64,000 bases of DNA from Raillietiella orientalis. Its lineage: Eukaryota. Both the position numbers and the translations under genes were made by a program. A model generated the notes under the pieces. The model saw only the letters and a program-made list of their open reading frames with translations, did no database searches and was not told where the DNA came from. Each line of letters opens with the position of its first letter. Position 1 is the stretch's first letter. The DNA lies in the NCBI GenBank assembly GCA_036172245.1, contig JAYWIR010000030.1, positions 1,116,001-1,180,000 on the forward strand, given 5' to 3'. This document shows, piece after piece, positions 26,001 to 38,274 of the stretch.

Positions 26001-28149
26001 ACTTGCTCGCAAGACCCCCCGGAGTTCGATGTGCCGGACCCGCGTGTCGCGCGCGCGTACTTGAAATTGCGGACTCACTTAGACGGATGAGCTAAATTAG
26101 AGTCTCGGCAGGCCGAAAAGGAGTTTACTTCGGAACGGTCGAGGTTCTTATTGCGGAGAGTGTACGTTGTGAACGCTCGTAGTACAGTCCGGAATCCACT
26201 TCGGTCCAAGATCCATGAGGAAAAGCGAGTTCAAAATCATGCCGAACGTGAATTTTGTTTAGAATACCGCCGTGGTCGACACATGCCAAGACGATGTGCT
26301 GACGTTCCATTGGAGGCGAGAGAGATCGTGAATAATCCATGGTTCCATTAATGATTCAACACGGAGCTCTCCAATATAAATAAATTATTAAGCTCTCGAA
26401 GACACGTAGTCAAGCCTGCAAATGCCAGAGCACAGTGGTACCTAATTTTCTAATTTTCTGCATCAATTTCTATGTAATTTTCTGCCGAATAACAAACTGC
26501 AGCATTTTTTGAGGGTTGACGTATTAAATACATCAATGCAGAAGCACAACATAATAGTAAGAGTGCGTAACGTCCTCCTTGATCAACCTTAGGAAGATTT
26601 CCAAAGAGTGTTTTCTCTTTTTTGCTTGGTAGTCATGCATGCGTGGGCCAAGCCTTTAAGACAGATGTTGGCAGAGCCTACGTTTGTTAACACCACGGTC
26701 AACTGAATTCTGGGAAAGCTCCAATCACCTATTCCTCAACAGACCTATCGACTTGAGCAACGTCCGAATCCTGAAGCCTGGGATTCATAACTGTAAGTTG
26801 CGTTTTTTCTAATCTCCATCTTGCGCCGCCAGGAACCATGTGGAGCTCCTGCAAAATCGATATCGAGGGAAATTTGCAAACCTTCTATTTGTTCTTGTTA
26901 ATTTTATTAATAGGATTTGGAGTGATCGTTTAGCTGTGCGTTAATGGATATTGAAGATTCCACTGGTCCGAGGAATTTTTTATTACGATATTGGTACGTT
27001 TGCAATTGTTTTCCACAGATCCTTCCTTTTACTGATTTCCCTGCTCTTTTTTTTTCTTCTTTCCCTATGAAGACAGGGGAAGTATCTGCCAAGAGAAGAT
27101 TGCCGAATTCATTCGAAATTGTTCAAGGTGACTTTTCTAGGGCCGCCGCTCTGTTTCTTCATGGTTCCATGATGGTGAGTTTTCATTTCAAGTGCGTTTG
27201 GTTTTCCATCGGATTTTTCAGTTTGTTTTTGGAACTCAAATGTACCAAAACACTTTAGAGGTTGCTTTTCGAACCAAGATGAATATTACAAAAAAGAAAT
27301 AAGATGTTAGATTGCCTTCTTTTCACTTTGCTATAACGCAACACCATTATGCTGCTCAAACGTGGAATCTTCCAAATTTGTCTTTTCCTAATTTTGAATT
27401 TTAGATGTATCTTCTGTACGCCGCGGTGTACTACCTACTCAATGGTACGCAACAACCTTTGATATGAGGTAACTGGAAGAGGAGATTTGACATTTCTGGT
27501 AAGTCATCAGCCGTGTGACGAATGACGATCAAACAAGAGCGATGATTCAATAGGGACTTAGTCAAATGAGTTGAAGCGCTTCTCTTGAGCAATTACGCAA
27601 TGCTGGGAGCAAATCAATAAATTGCTTTCCAAACATCGACCACGCCTTCTTTACTGATAGTGACCAAGATCCGATGCACTTTTGTACCAGAAAGGAATGC
27701 CACCTAAAACATAAAAAATCTCCACGGTGACAGTGGATAATGTGATGGATCCTCCGCCATTTTGCTCGTGGCGAGTGACAACGAAAGCCTTCAAACCAGA
27801 TGCTTGAGACTGGAGTTAATCTTGCGATTTAGCGATAAAGATTGGGGCTTGCGAACGTCGCAGATTCCATAGTAACTTTCAAGAGTCCATCAAAGATGTG
27901 TCTCGTTCGTCGCTGTATGTGGTGCGTGCTGAGGTCACCGCTACGTCCGGTCTCATGGGTTCGAAATAATTCATCAAGATTGGACTTCACAAATCTAGAA
28001 TGCTCTTCCCATCGAGCGTCCGATTACACTTTCATTTATTTCGTAACACGTGAGAGGCCGAACGAATTGGCGCCGACTCACTAACAAGTTCCACCAAAGA
28101 ATCACTTAGTACTCATCACCCTTCAGCCGATCTAACCGAATCTTACCTT

Positions 28150-28550
28150 CGCATCGCCTACTGAAAGCTGCAGCGGGAAATGCAAAGGTATCACAGAAAG
28201 TAAAGTCAGGTGAGGTGTTTGCCGAGACAATCCATGGCCTAGATCCACTTCCCTCCCTGATAGGTACATCATGGGACCTAGATTACAGATTCAAGGAAGA
28301 ACACTGTGGCAACTCCACTTGACATGAAACGGTGCCAATGATTTGGAGTGGCAATCCTGACCCAATCGCGACTGAGACGAGCGAGTGTATTCTCTTCGAA
28401 CACAGCACAGCAATCACATTTGCCAACGTCACGGTAAACTCTTGATAACACCGCTTACTCTTCTATCCTCCCTCTGCCAGTACCCTAAATGAACCATCCC
28501 TATGCTTACTAGGCAACCGCGCTTATCCTCATCCATCCACCTTCGTCCCT
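28150..28550 (+). mobile_element. Possible very old APE-endonuclease remnant of a non-LTR retrotransposon
   Basis: Frameshifted fragments LKAAAGNAK, GVAILTQ and CLLGNRAYPHPS occur in the order expected for APE motifs (LKIATWNA, GVAILV, ILGDFNA.HPSW). Very degenerate. Confidence 0.2.
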
Positions 28551-31276
28551 CCAGAAAGCACCATCAAACCATGAGAAATGGATTCCACGAGAGTCCTGAG
28601 AAGCTTCACTCCTCAGCATTTCGCTTCAAACAGACATCTCGATTCATTCATCTCTGATTACGCTGAGACTGATTCTCGCAGCCTCTTTCGCGATGAGCAT
28701 CCCATTCTTCGTTTCTCTTAGTCTTGTTTGCAATCAACAGATGTGCCGAATCGAACATACAGCGTACTGAGCATCCTCTGCAAATAACGAACCACGATGA
28801 CTCATCCAGGGGAACACAGTACTCTGATGTGCAGTTCGCGCCATTTTTTCCCCGCTTTTCGTTCCCTTCTGATGGATTCTTCACGCGGCCCCGCATTCGC
28901 AGGATATGTTGCAATCTTGCCCACTCATCCCGTTTCGTGTGAAAGGCGAAGTAGCAATAGCAAAGGACTCGTTTGGGGATCCCTGCTTTACATACTCCAG
29001 GCCAACAAAGCCCGTTGCTCCGAGCATCCAGACCCACGTGCTTACGCACTTTTTTCCAGGAAGAGGAACGCACGGTCTCTTCTCCCAGCGTTCTCTGTGC
29101 TCCATCTCGTGCGTTCCGAGATGCTTTCTCCACGTGCTCAACAAGAAGAACAATGCCTCGAGATCATCTGTAATCGCCGCCGTAGCATCAGTCGTCTAGG
29201 AGACCGATCGCCCCCATCGCGAGCTGACAAGGCTTTTTATCTGGATTCTCTCGAGATACTAGCGCATACGCCTCTGCAGTCGGCAAACAAAGATACGGGC
29301 GGATAAATCTCCAGATGTACAAGTATGCTGCACGCGAACACTTCGCTTTCGATTTTTTTTTTGTTTACTATCCCCCCACGGCCGTACGCAAGGTTTTGTT
29401 TTCAAAACGCAGTTCGTGCCCTCCTTCTTTTATTCCTTTTTCGTAGTGGTCAATGCAGCCTCATCTCAAGGCACAGCGATGAGGTGATGAAGCGACGTGC
29501 ATTGCCCAATCCTTATGGAATCGTTCTTCCTGGGCTGAACCTCAAATCCCATGGAATTATTCTCTTTACGGCGTTCGTCCGCAAGCAATGACGACCGCCT
29601 ATGGTCTCAAATACAGACAACCTATTTGAACAGGTTATTCCACCCTCTATTGCTTTGATTGGGCAGGATAAAAGCCCGAGGACCCACGGAGTTTGACCTC
29701 AGATGAGCTGGCGCAAAGTGAGCTGCTGGGTTCGGTCTGGTCAGCACCCAAGTTTGGTCGCTTTGGTCGTAGCCAGCCGGTTCCCGTCTTCATCGGAAAC
29801 GCGGTCACGTGACAGGTTAGCAATGGGGGGGGGGGAGAGAGAGAGAGAGAGAGAAGGAAAGAAAAGAAAGGAAAAAAAAAACAAGAAACGAGCAAACAAG
29901 AAACGAGTATTGCTGGAAGCTCCAATTTTCGAGTGAGAAACTCTGGTACTGATTTGAATCCCTGAAAGTTTTTAAAGCTCAGCGGCAACTTTTATTCTGG
30001 AATCCAATCCGGATCACATCCCAGAATGAAAAATACGTGATTTCACATGCTTATCAAACCTCCCTTAAAGCATTAGCAAACTTTCGTGTAAACTCGTTCC
30101 AGTGTTTGCACATATCTGAAGAGTACCGCTGCCGTGACACCGAGCAAGCACATTTTCTAACCCGAAGATTTTCTGATCGCATCCGTCTCCAAGGCAACCA
30201 GAGAATGGCAATCGGAATAATGGAAAGAACGCTCCTTGCGGCCGGCTGGGTTTCCATGATTCCAGTTTTTAACGCGGACAGGTGGGCCCATTCCATAATC
30301 CGGCAGGGAAAGGCATCCCAGTAATTACCCTTACGGAAAAATCTTTCCGGGATGTGTTTTTTTTTTTTTGTTGTCGTGCCCTTGGTGCTTTCGCAAATGC
30401 TTCTGAATACATTACGAATAACGCCGATCGCAGGCCCTCGGAAATCGCCAGCTCAGCTTTCGGCCTTTCCACAGGAGGGACACCCGGCGGTGTCCCTCCT
30501 GAAACACCCGGCGGTGTTCGCAGCGCCGTTGGCGATCTGATAGCGAATTTCAAACGAACAAACCTTGCACTCGAGAGGACACGAAACACGTCGTCTTCGT
30601 CTTCCTGCTTGAAATACATGCAGAACAACTTGGTGCTCCCCCTGATCTCGTGGCTATCCAGTTGCGATTTCGCTTCCCTCATCATCCACGAAGTTTCGTT
30701 CAGATCATGGAGGAGAATAGACTTCCACTTGAATATTTGCTGTACAAGGGGGCAGGAAATGCTGTCAAGTCCACCTGTAAATGTTTTCAGGAAATCAAAG
30801 GCTCTTCGGGAAACCTACACGCAGATTACACGGTGTGTGCAATAGCTATTTTCGTATCAGTGGCGTTGGAAGGGAGGAATCCGCGAAGAATGGACCCTCT
30901 GTCCCCGCAGGGATTATGCGAACCTAAGCAGAACACTGCACTGCGAAGAAGGAGCAAATAAAACGAACACTGACCAGAAGGATCGAAAGAAATCAATCAC
31001 GGTCTAGGCTCACAAGCTTCCTTCTGTTACCTTTGCAACACGAATCACTCTAAAGATCACTTCTGGAAGATTTCGGCCTTTTATTTTCGCAAAGCTCTCG
31101 GATGCTAATTATTCTTTTGAAATCAGGCCGGCACGCAACTCGCTCCTGGATGGCGTTCCCCTTCCTGTCCCTCTTCGCCAAACAAGCAAGCAGTAAGTAG
31201 GGCATAGCACGCAATTTTCGGAAAGAGAGAGAGAGAGAGAGAGAGAAACAGCACTTTTGGTCCGAGTTTTACCGAA

Positions 31277-33893
31277 TCATCGACGGTTGAAAGCTGAATC
31301 ACGCGTGCTCCTGGTCCGGAGCGGCGTGACGTGTTCCACGACGGCTCCCGTTTCGTTCACATGGCGACGGGTGACTCTCACGCCCTCGAGCCTGGATGCG
31401 AGCGCGTGCTGTGGAGCAGTAAGCCCAGCGTGCACCGAAGAGCGCAGGGATCGCCTTCCTGCTTCCGGGAGCCTTTCCACGGCCACCCGGAACGCCCCCC
31501 CGAGTTGCGCAAGGCTCTGCCCGGGAACCGGACGAGCCTGCGCTCGCCGCCGCGTCGCCGTGGTTACGACCCCTTCGAGAACAAGGCGCGCGCAATCCGC
31601 GAGGGTGCCCGTTGCGCAAAGGGAGGCCGCCACGGAACGCCTTCGGGTGGGAGGGATCGCAAGCTTTCCTCCTTGGAAACCGAGCAGAACAGGTGTGCGG
31701 GAAAGGGAGAGCAGAAAACGAAACACCCAGCGTTCGAGCGCGGTCGCGATCCTGCGACTCACCGCTGGGTGTTTACGAAAATCGTAGCCGCAACCGCAGG
31801 CAAGAGAGGTGGAACGGAAATGACCGGACCTCCAGGGAGATCGGCAGGGTGCTCGTGGGGCCACGCAGAGGTTGCAAAAAAAAAAAAATGCTCGAGAGTG
31901 TGGGGTAGCGTTATGGGGGGGGGGGGGATCTCAACTGGATGAGGCGACGCGAACTCTGGATGGGAAGTGGAAGCTGACTCCCGTTTATCACTCGGGTTTC
32001 GCATCACGTATCTGATGGCTCGCGCACTGATCCTGTTTGATAGCGAAGACGATATCCTTATCTACCTGGAAGGAAACTTGTCGCGCCCTTCTGATGAATT
32101 CATCGATGTCATGGAGGATATTTCGAGTTTCTATGCCGAGTTTTTCTTCCCTCCTGTTTCTGCTTTCCACGCAGAGCTTTTTTTTCTTCTTCTCCTGCTT
32201 CTTCGTCTCCTGTTTCTGTTTGTTTGTCTGTTTGCAGATCTCCATTGCTTCTTCTCGCAGGCGGAACGCTTCCACTTCGCGGGCTCTGCGGCGGCGCCGT
32301 GAGCTTCCAGGGTGACCCCAAAGAAGCAAACCTCTTCAGGAGACGATGGGTTTCCTCCGCTGGAAAAGATCGATCCGGAGAAGAAAGCTCTCTGGTTCGC
32401 TGCTTGCGTCCGCCGCTGACCGGGATCTCCCCTCGGTTTGGCCAGGCGCGTCTCGAAAAAGTCTCCCGGATTTCGGGACTCGACTTTTTCGATGACCTTC
32501 CTTCCCGCGTAGCGACGGGACCCCTGCCGGTCCTTGCGTTTCCGGTCCCTGTGTCCCGACCGCGCCTTCCCTCCTCCAAAGTGCCATCTGCGTCCAAAAA
32601 GTAGGCGGCTGCCGGAACAGCCACGCAGTCACGCTCGTTTCTTCTTCTTCTTCCGTGTTCTGAGAAGGTCCGATGATGAGGTCGCGTTTTTCCGAAGGGA
32701 AGTGCCGCGCAAACGAGGCACCATCGTAGAGTCAGGACGATCCCTTCGCCGCATGAGCAAGCACGCACGTTCCGCGCACGCATTTTCCACTCGGCAGGTG
32801 TCAGGCGACTGCGGTTGGTCTGCGGGGGATCGAAAGGTCTCGGGACAGACTCCAGCCCCTATGTGAGCCTCCTCTGCCTCCCGCGCACAGTTACGGGCGG
32901 ACGCGTTCCGGGAAGAGAGACAGCATTGCCTAATGCGGGGGCCAACCCAACACGGGTACCCCGGTATGGACGACGTGATCTGGTTATCTGGGTCCGTTTC
33001 TTGGCTTGGCCCGCGAAGGGAGACGACCTCCCGTCCCTGTTCAACGCATGCCCTCTCTCTACCGGTCCGCCCTATACTACTCTCTCTTCCCTGGTCCTCC
33101 CGCTTCTGGGCGCGGAGGGGGACATTTCCGCGCGTCGAACCGACACGGAGTGGGCAGTGCCTGCACCGAAAGCGGAAGCCGCTTTCGCAGCGGCAGGCTT
33201 TATACGCGGCAGCGAATGTTGAGCGCCCCCCATTTTTGCGAGCCTTCCCTCCCCTCCCCCCTCCTTCCAAGCGGGAAAGCGATGGCAAGAGCGTGCGAGG
33301 GTCTGGAAGGGGGGACGCTGCGTTCCGGAGCATTTCGGGGCCACACTGTTCTTACCGCGAAGAGCCACGTACTTCCCCCAGGAGACCATCGTCTCCCGGC
33401 CTATCTCCTCCGTCGACCTTTCTTCCCACCGGCCGTTCTCGAGGGTCCCTCCCGCGCAGTTCTCGCGAAGTTCGTTCGGATCGAACGCACTGAGGCGAGT
33501 GTCGCGGAAGATCTTCCCGAACCGGCTGGCGGTGCCGACGTCTACGTAGGCGGGCCGCAACCCCAGCAGGGACGTCGTCCTCAGGATCAGGTAGTTCACT
33601 ACGAGTCCTGCGAGGTCGTTCACGGGAGGGCGCACGATCAACATGGAGGTGGGGCAGATGGTGACCACGGGTTGGCTTCTGCGGCCGGAAAACTGAGGGA
33701 ACATCTCCGTCAGCACTCGGCTCCACGGGAGGTTTTCCTTCGAGGTCCTCTCCGCAGGCTCCCGGAAGGTGGGCGTGGAGGCACGGGAGTCGTGGGCGCA
33801 TTTCCTGTACACGGACGAAAGCACTACAATGACTCCCAAGGGGAAGCACACGAGGAAAATGGCTTGGCTGACTTGCATCCGTGATAGCCTCAT
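31277..33893 (-). CDS. Divergent galactoside alpha-1,2-fucosyltransferase-like protein (GT11), predicted 418 aa type II membrane protein
   Basis: Exons 33893-33356 (donor G|GTAAGA), 32331-32008 and 31671-31277 splice via phase-1 GT-AG sites to 1257 nt without internal stops. An N-terminal TM (AIFLVCFPLGVIVVLSSVY) is followed by segments collinear with FUT2: NYLILRTTSLLGLRPAYVD..FGKIFR ~ EYATLYALAKMNGRPAFIP..LAPIFR; LLWGHP ~ RFTGYP; DIVFAI ~ LIFVV; ATGTLADCARLVLEG ~ TIGTFGIWAAYLTGG. Splice sites of exons 2 and 3 are weak. Confidence 0.5.
33024..33248 (+). repeat. Left arm of ~225-bp inverted repeat (partner 34663-34890)
   Basis: ACCGGTCCGCCCTATACTACTCTCTCTTCCCTGGTCCTCC...GAAAGCGGAAGCCGCTTTCGCAGC is present as a near-identical reverse complement at 34663-34890. 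Confidence 0.92.
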
Positions 33894-34662
33894 CGATGAG
33901 TGACGACAGAGAGCGATAAAAAGCCACGAACCTCATTGCTCCTTACATAACGCGATTCGCCAGCTCGATGTGTACGGTTCGGCCTGCGGAAGACACTGGT
34001 GCAGGATAAAAATAGCTTTTTTTGATTGCAAGATTTCGAACGTGTCCCCGATGAAGTCCCTGACCCCGGAGAAAAAAAGAAAGAAAGGAAAAGAAAAGAA
34101 AAGAAAAAGCACGGAACGAAAAGGGAACCTTTTTTTTTTTTTTTTCCTCTCTAAAAAGAAGAAAGAAAAAAGTGCACGGTGATCTCGCAACGGCCGTGGC
34201 CTTTACGCATGGACGCAAGCGCGAACACCAGTGAACTCTTAACGGTGCTTCCGAGGGCAGCGAGAAGGGTCGTGGTGTGCCTCGCGACGACGACGGTTTC
34301 CCGTGCCGGGAGCTGCTCCGAAAAACGGAAAAAAATCGAGGGCAGCCAAGTTCTGCTTCGGCAGAACGGTGCGCGCGTTGCGCATCCACCCGGACCGCCC
34401 GTGGGTGTGTGTGTGTGTGTGTGTGGGGTGTTTCCGGGAACAGATCCATCCAGATCAGCGGCGTCCGCCGCCGCTTCCGGGAATTTTTCTCTCCCTCCCT
34501 CCCTCTCTCTCCCCCGCGCGAGTTTCGATCCACGAAAACCGGTGGCTTCTTCGTTCCTTGAACTTCTAGCTGTTTCCAGGACGGAGGTACGGTGCGGCGC
34601 GGCCCTGCGACAGAAGTGCGCACCACGAAACCTCATCAACAACGCGTTTCGTCATCAACAAT

Positions 34663-34890
34663 GAAAGGCTCGAGAAAATGGGGAGCGCGCAACAATCGCT
34701 GCCGCGGATAGAGCCCGCAGCTGCGAAAGCGGCTTCCGCTTTCGGTGCAGGCACTGCCCACTCCGTGTCGGTTCGACGCGCGGAAATGTCCCCCTCCGCG
34801 CCCAGAAGCGAGGGAGGACCAGGGAAGAGAGAGTAGTATAGGGCGGACCGGTGGAGAGTGGGCATGCGTCCGAAAGGGACGGGGAGGTCG
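34663..34890 (-). repeat. Right arm of ~225-bp inverted repeat (partner 33024-33248)
   Basis: Reverse complement matches 33024-33248; the central ~125 bp are almost identical and the flanks are more diverged. Confidence 0.92.
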
Positions 34891-36194
34891 CTGCTTCGAG
34901 ACAGACCTAGGCGAAGTTTTCCCCTTCCTCCTCTCCCCGTCATGAATGCGGTATGGTCTCCGAGTGCATCTGGGTTGTTAGTGATTCCTTCCCCACGGCA
35001 GCCTTGGTGGACTTCGCACGACCGCTTCCCTGAGGGAACAGACCGGGAAGCGAACAGACCACCGGCAAAGCGAACGCCTCCGTCTGCGACTCAGGCGCAG
35101 GTGGCACGCTCTGGAAATCGTCACCGGAGGCCGGCGGAGGACGCGATCGCTTCGTTGGGGCTTTGCAGATTCCTCACGGATGTGCCCGTGACGTCGGATG
35201 GCATTCCCGCTGCGCTCCTTCTCGGTTTCGGATCGGCTGCGGACGACTTCCCGATACCTTGCGCACCTGGCAGCGTTCACCATGAGGCAGGCGGGCGAGC
35301 CGTGGGCCGATACCGTTCCGGAGGAGGTCGGACGCTGCCGGTCACAAGCCGTTTTCCGAGGACCCATCGCGACTCCCTCCCTCGGGCGTCGATGGAGGGC
35401 AGCGATCGTGGTGGATGAAGCGATCGCTCCGCTTGGAGGCTCGGCTCAGCCTCCGGCGCGAGAATGTCTCCGGCTGCTTTCGACGAGGATACCCCGAAGC
35501 CGCGACGTTTGGTTGGTCTCGCAGGATTTGTTTTTTCTTTTTTCGTTCGCTCCATCGGACGTGGTCTTCTTCGACGCCGGAGGACTCTCGCCCAAGTGCG
35601 GCTCGAAAGCAGCGACGGAACCCCATTCCTCCGACCCTCCCTCCATGTCCCTTCCGCCACCCTCTCTTTTCACTGGTCTGTTCGCTTCCTCCCTCCCTAC
35701 TTCTGTCACCCGGGAGATCCGGTCTCCTTCGGACTGGGTCAGCAATGAGGCGCAGCATCCGCTCTGCCTCTGCCCGAGGCCGGGAATGCACAGGAGGTGA
35801 TGAGGAAGGATGATGGGAAGGCGCTGCTTCCCAAATCTCCGCAGCGTTCTCCCTGCCAACCACCAACCCAAAAGCTGGCATTTCGGGCTTCTTCGGCGGG
35901 AGGAGGAGGGGGAGGCGGCTGATCGACCTGTTCCGAGCTGGCTCCCGCTTTTCTCCCTCTGTTCCCGCAGCGCAGCGAAAACGAAAGGAGCGGTCCCGCT
36001 GAAGGTGTTCTGGAAGAAGGTCGGGGCCAAGTCTCGGTTCCGAATTCTCGGGATCAAGCTGTCGCGTTTCTCGACCTCGACCTCGACGATGACGCTCTGT
36101 GCCGAGTGGTCCGGCAGCTGTCCGTTCGGGCTCCGCGGTCGGCCCACCGGCTTTTCGCCTGCGTTGGCGGCGGCCTCGTGGCCGCGATCTCTGC

Positions 36195-36540
36195 GAGTTC
36201 CCTTCGGAGTTTCCCTCCAGTTGCGAGAAGGGAGCCGTCCCATAGAGCTGGCTGATACCGTTCTCAGGGGATCGGTCGCCTTTCCAGAGTGCCAGAAAGA
36301 AGCGTGCTGCTCCCTTCGAGGAGCGACCTTTCAGAGACATCTGAAGGCGTCCCATCGGGGTTCCCCTCGGAGGAGGGAACAAAAGGTGGATCCTTTCCGA
36401 GGATTCCCTCCAAAGGGAGTGAGGAAGAGGTCTCCTTCCTCCGTGTTTCGCTCGGACTTCTTCCTCCGGAGCCACCCTGGATTCATAGAGATTGCATCCT
36501 AACTGGAAGAGTCACACACCCTCAGATAGACGGTGATTAG
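36195..36540 (+). mobile_element. Repeat family B, body-only copy
   Basis: TTCCCTTCGGAGTTTCCCTCCAGTTGCGAGAAGGGAGCCGT, CCAGAGTGCCAGAAAGAAGCG and GGATCCTTTCCG blocks are collinear with 38520-38760 and 48720-48900. Confidence 0.6.
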
Positions 36541-38274
36541 CAGCTAGTCATTGGAAAAAGAAGGAGGTGGTCCTCCTCCATCCCTCACGCTTGTTGGATC
36601 CATCTCCTCTCGAGAAGATCAGGGGGTCTCTCCGGCTGACCCTTGAGTCTTCCGGAGCGCAATCAGGCGGCGGCGCGTCCGTAGGAGTTTCCTCGCGCCA
36701 CATCTGCACAGGTACGCGGCGCCACCAAGTCTCTCAGGCGATTGAGCGTAGGTCGGCCTCTTTCGCTGGATCGCTGACTGGGTCCTGCGATCCTGGCGAC
36801 CCCACGAGACTCAAGAGTGTGCCCCGGAGGGCGTCCGGGGAGCGCTTTGCTATCCTTGTCCTTCCGAGCTAGCCTGCGTGCTTCCGGGACATTCCTGAAA
36901 GACTCCCGACGCATCCCGGGTGACCGCTCGATCTCCCTCGTAGCGGGGAGATTCCGGGCGCAGTTGCGAGCGCCTGTCTGCGCCTGCGTCGCCACGTCGG
37001 CTTTCCGCGAGTCGCTTTTGCGACGAGACTGGCCGTCATGAAGGGCAGAGGTGCCGTCGCGGGGATGGGCGCAGTGCCGCTGGCGGCGGCATCCCTTCCG
37101 TCGTTCACATGTCTCCGAGGGGGGCAAGTTCCGTCCTCCCATTTTCCTCCAGCTTCTGTCCCTCGTTAGCCGGCACGTTTCGTTGGGCCGCATGTGAGCG
37201 TTCCCGGCCTGAAAATCTTAGATGGAGGGGGCAGAAAGTGGGGACGTGCGTGCGCAATGCGGAGAGGGACGCGAACGCCCCATGGTCCTTGTGACCCAGG
37301 ACTTTCCGCGACGCGGTGGCGGCCCAGAGTCGCACGCGCACTGGACGTCACCTCTTCCCCCAGCAACCTTGACTACCAGCTGGAAATCTTCACTTGCTGG
37401 TTTTTGGATGGATGGTCCAGGGTGGAGGAGCGGGTGGGTGCAGTCCTTTTGTTGGCGCCGTCTATCGCCTTTCTGCGAACTCGACCAAAAGGAAGCTCGG
37501 CCCGCTTCCGTCGAACGAGGGTCTCGTTTTCCGCTCCCGTTCCAGCTTCCTGTTCCTCCACAACGCGGAGACATGCCGCCGGCGCCTGCGCATCGTCGAG
37601 TGAGCCAAAGAGGTCGCTACGGGTTTTCTGTTGTTGAGGGGAAGGGGAAGGGGGGAGGAGGGGCGTCCCCATCGATCAGTCTCAAAGCTGCAACTCGTTC
37701 TCCTCTTCTCTTCGTCTACATCTCCGCTCATCGGAGAGGTCTGTTTGATGGGTCGCAGATCCTGCAGCTGCCAGCATCCACGGGTGAGCAACGCTGCTTT
37801 TCTCGCTTCGCTCGGAAACCCGGAAGGAAGGATCTTCCCGAGTCACGTGCCCGAGCTCTCCGCACGCCCAGCGGGTTTCAGCCTAGAGTTTCGCTGGGCT
37901 TTTAGCTTTTGGGTAAACAGGAAGCTTTTTGGTCTCGAGGGAAAGTCTCGGAGGAAGACACTCCAAGATACTCCCCTCCCTCCCTCCGTGGGTTCTGATT
38001 GCTCGCCGGTGGGATCTCGTCAAGTCGTCGGAAGCCTCATTTCTTCCGATTCGGCTTCCGATGTCTCCGTCGGTTCGCACGCGGCTTTCCAGGACCGCGG
38101 CTCCCTCGCTGGGACTTTTCTAAGGGAGCGAAATGTTTGGTCCCGTGTCTTCTCGGTCTCCGGGAGTGATCCCTCGTTCTTCCGCACTGCCCCGCCGGCG
38201 GCGCCCTCACCGCTTCCTCTCACAAGCTGGAATGTAGTCGGTCTTCAGGAACATCGTCGCCGATACGTGCGGAG

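Noticed and set aside
19790..30300. Scattered AG...GT bounded exon-like segments on the minus strand
   Set aside because: Could not be chained into a consistent frame or matched to a protein family.
32629..32965. GYPCW...LMRRRD in a minus ORF as an alternative FUT exon 2
   Set aside because: No AG acceptor in the required phase and motif spacing too long; the 32331-32008 exon fits better.
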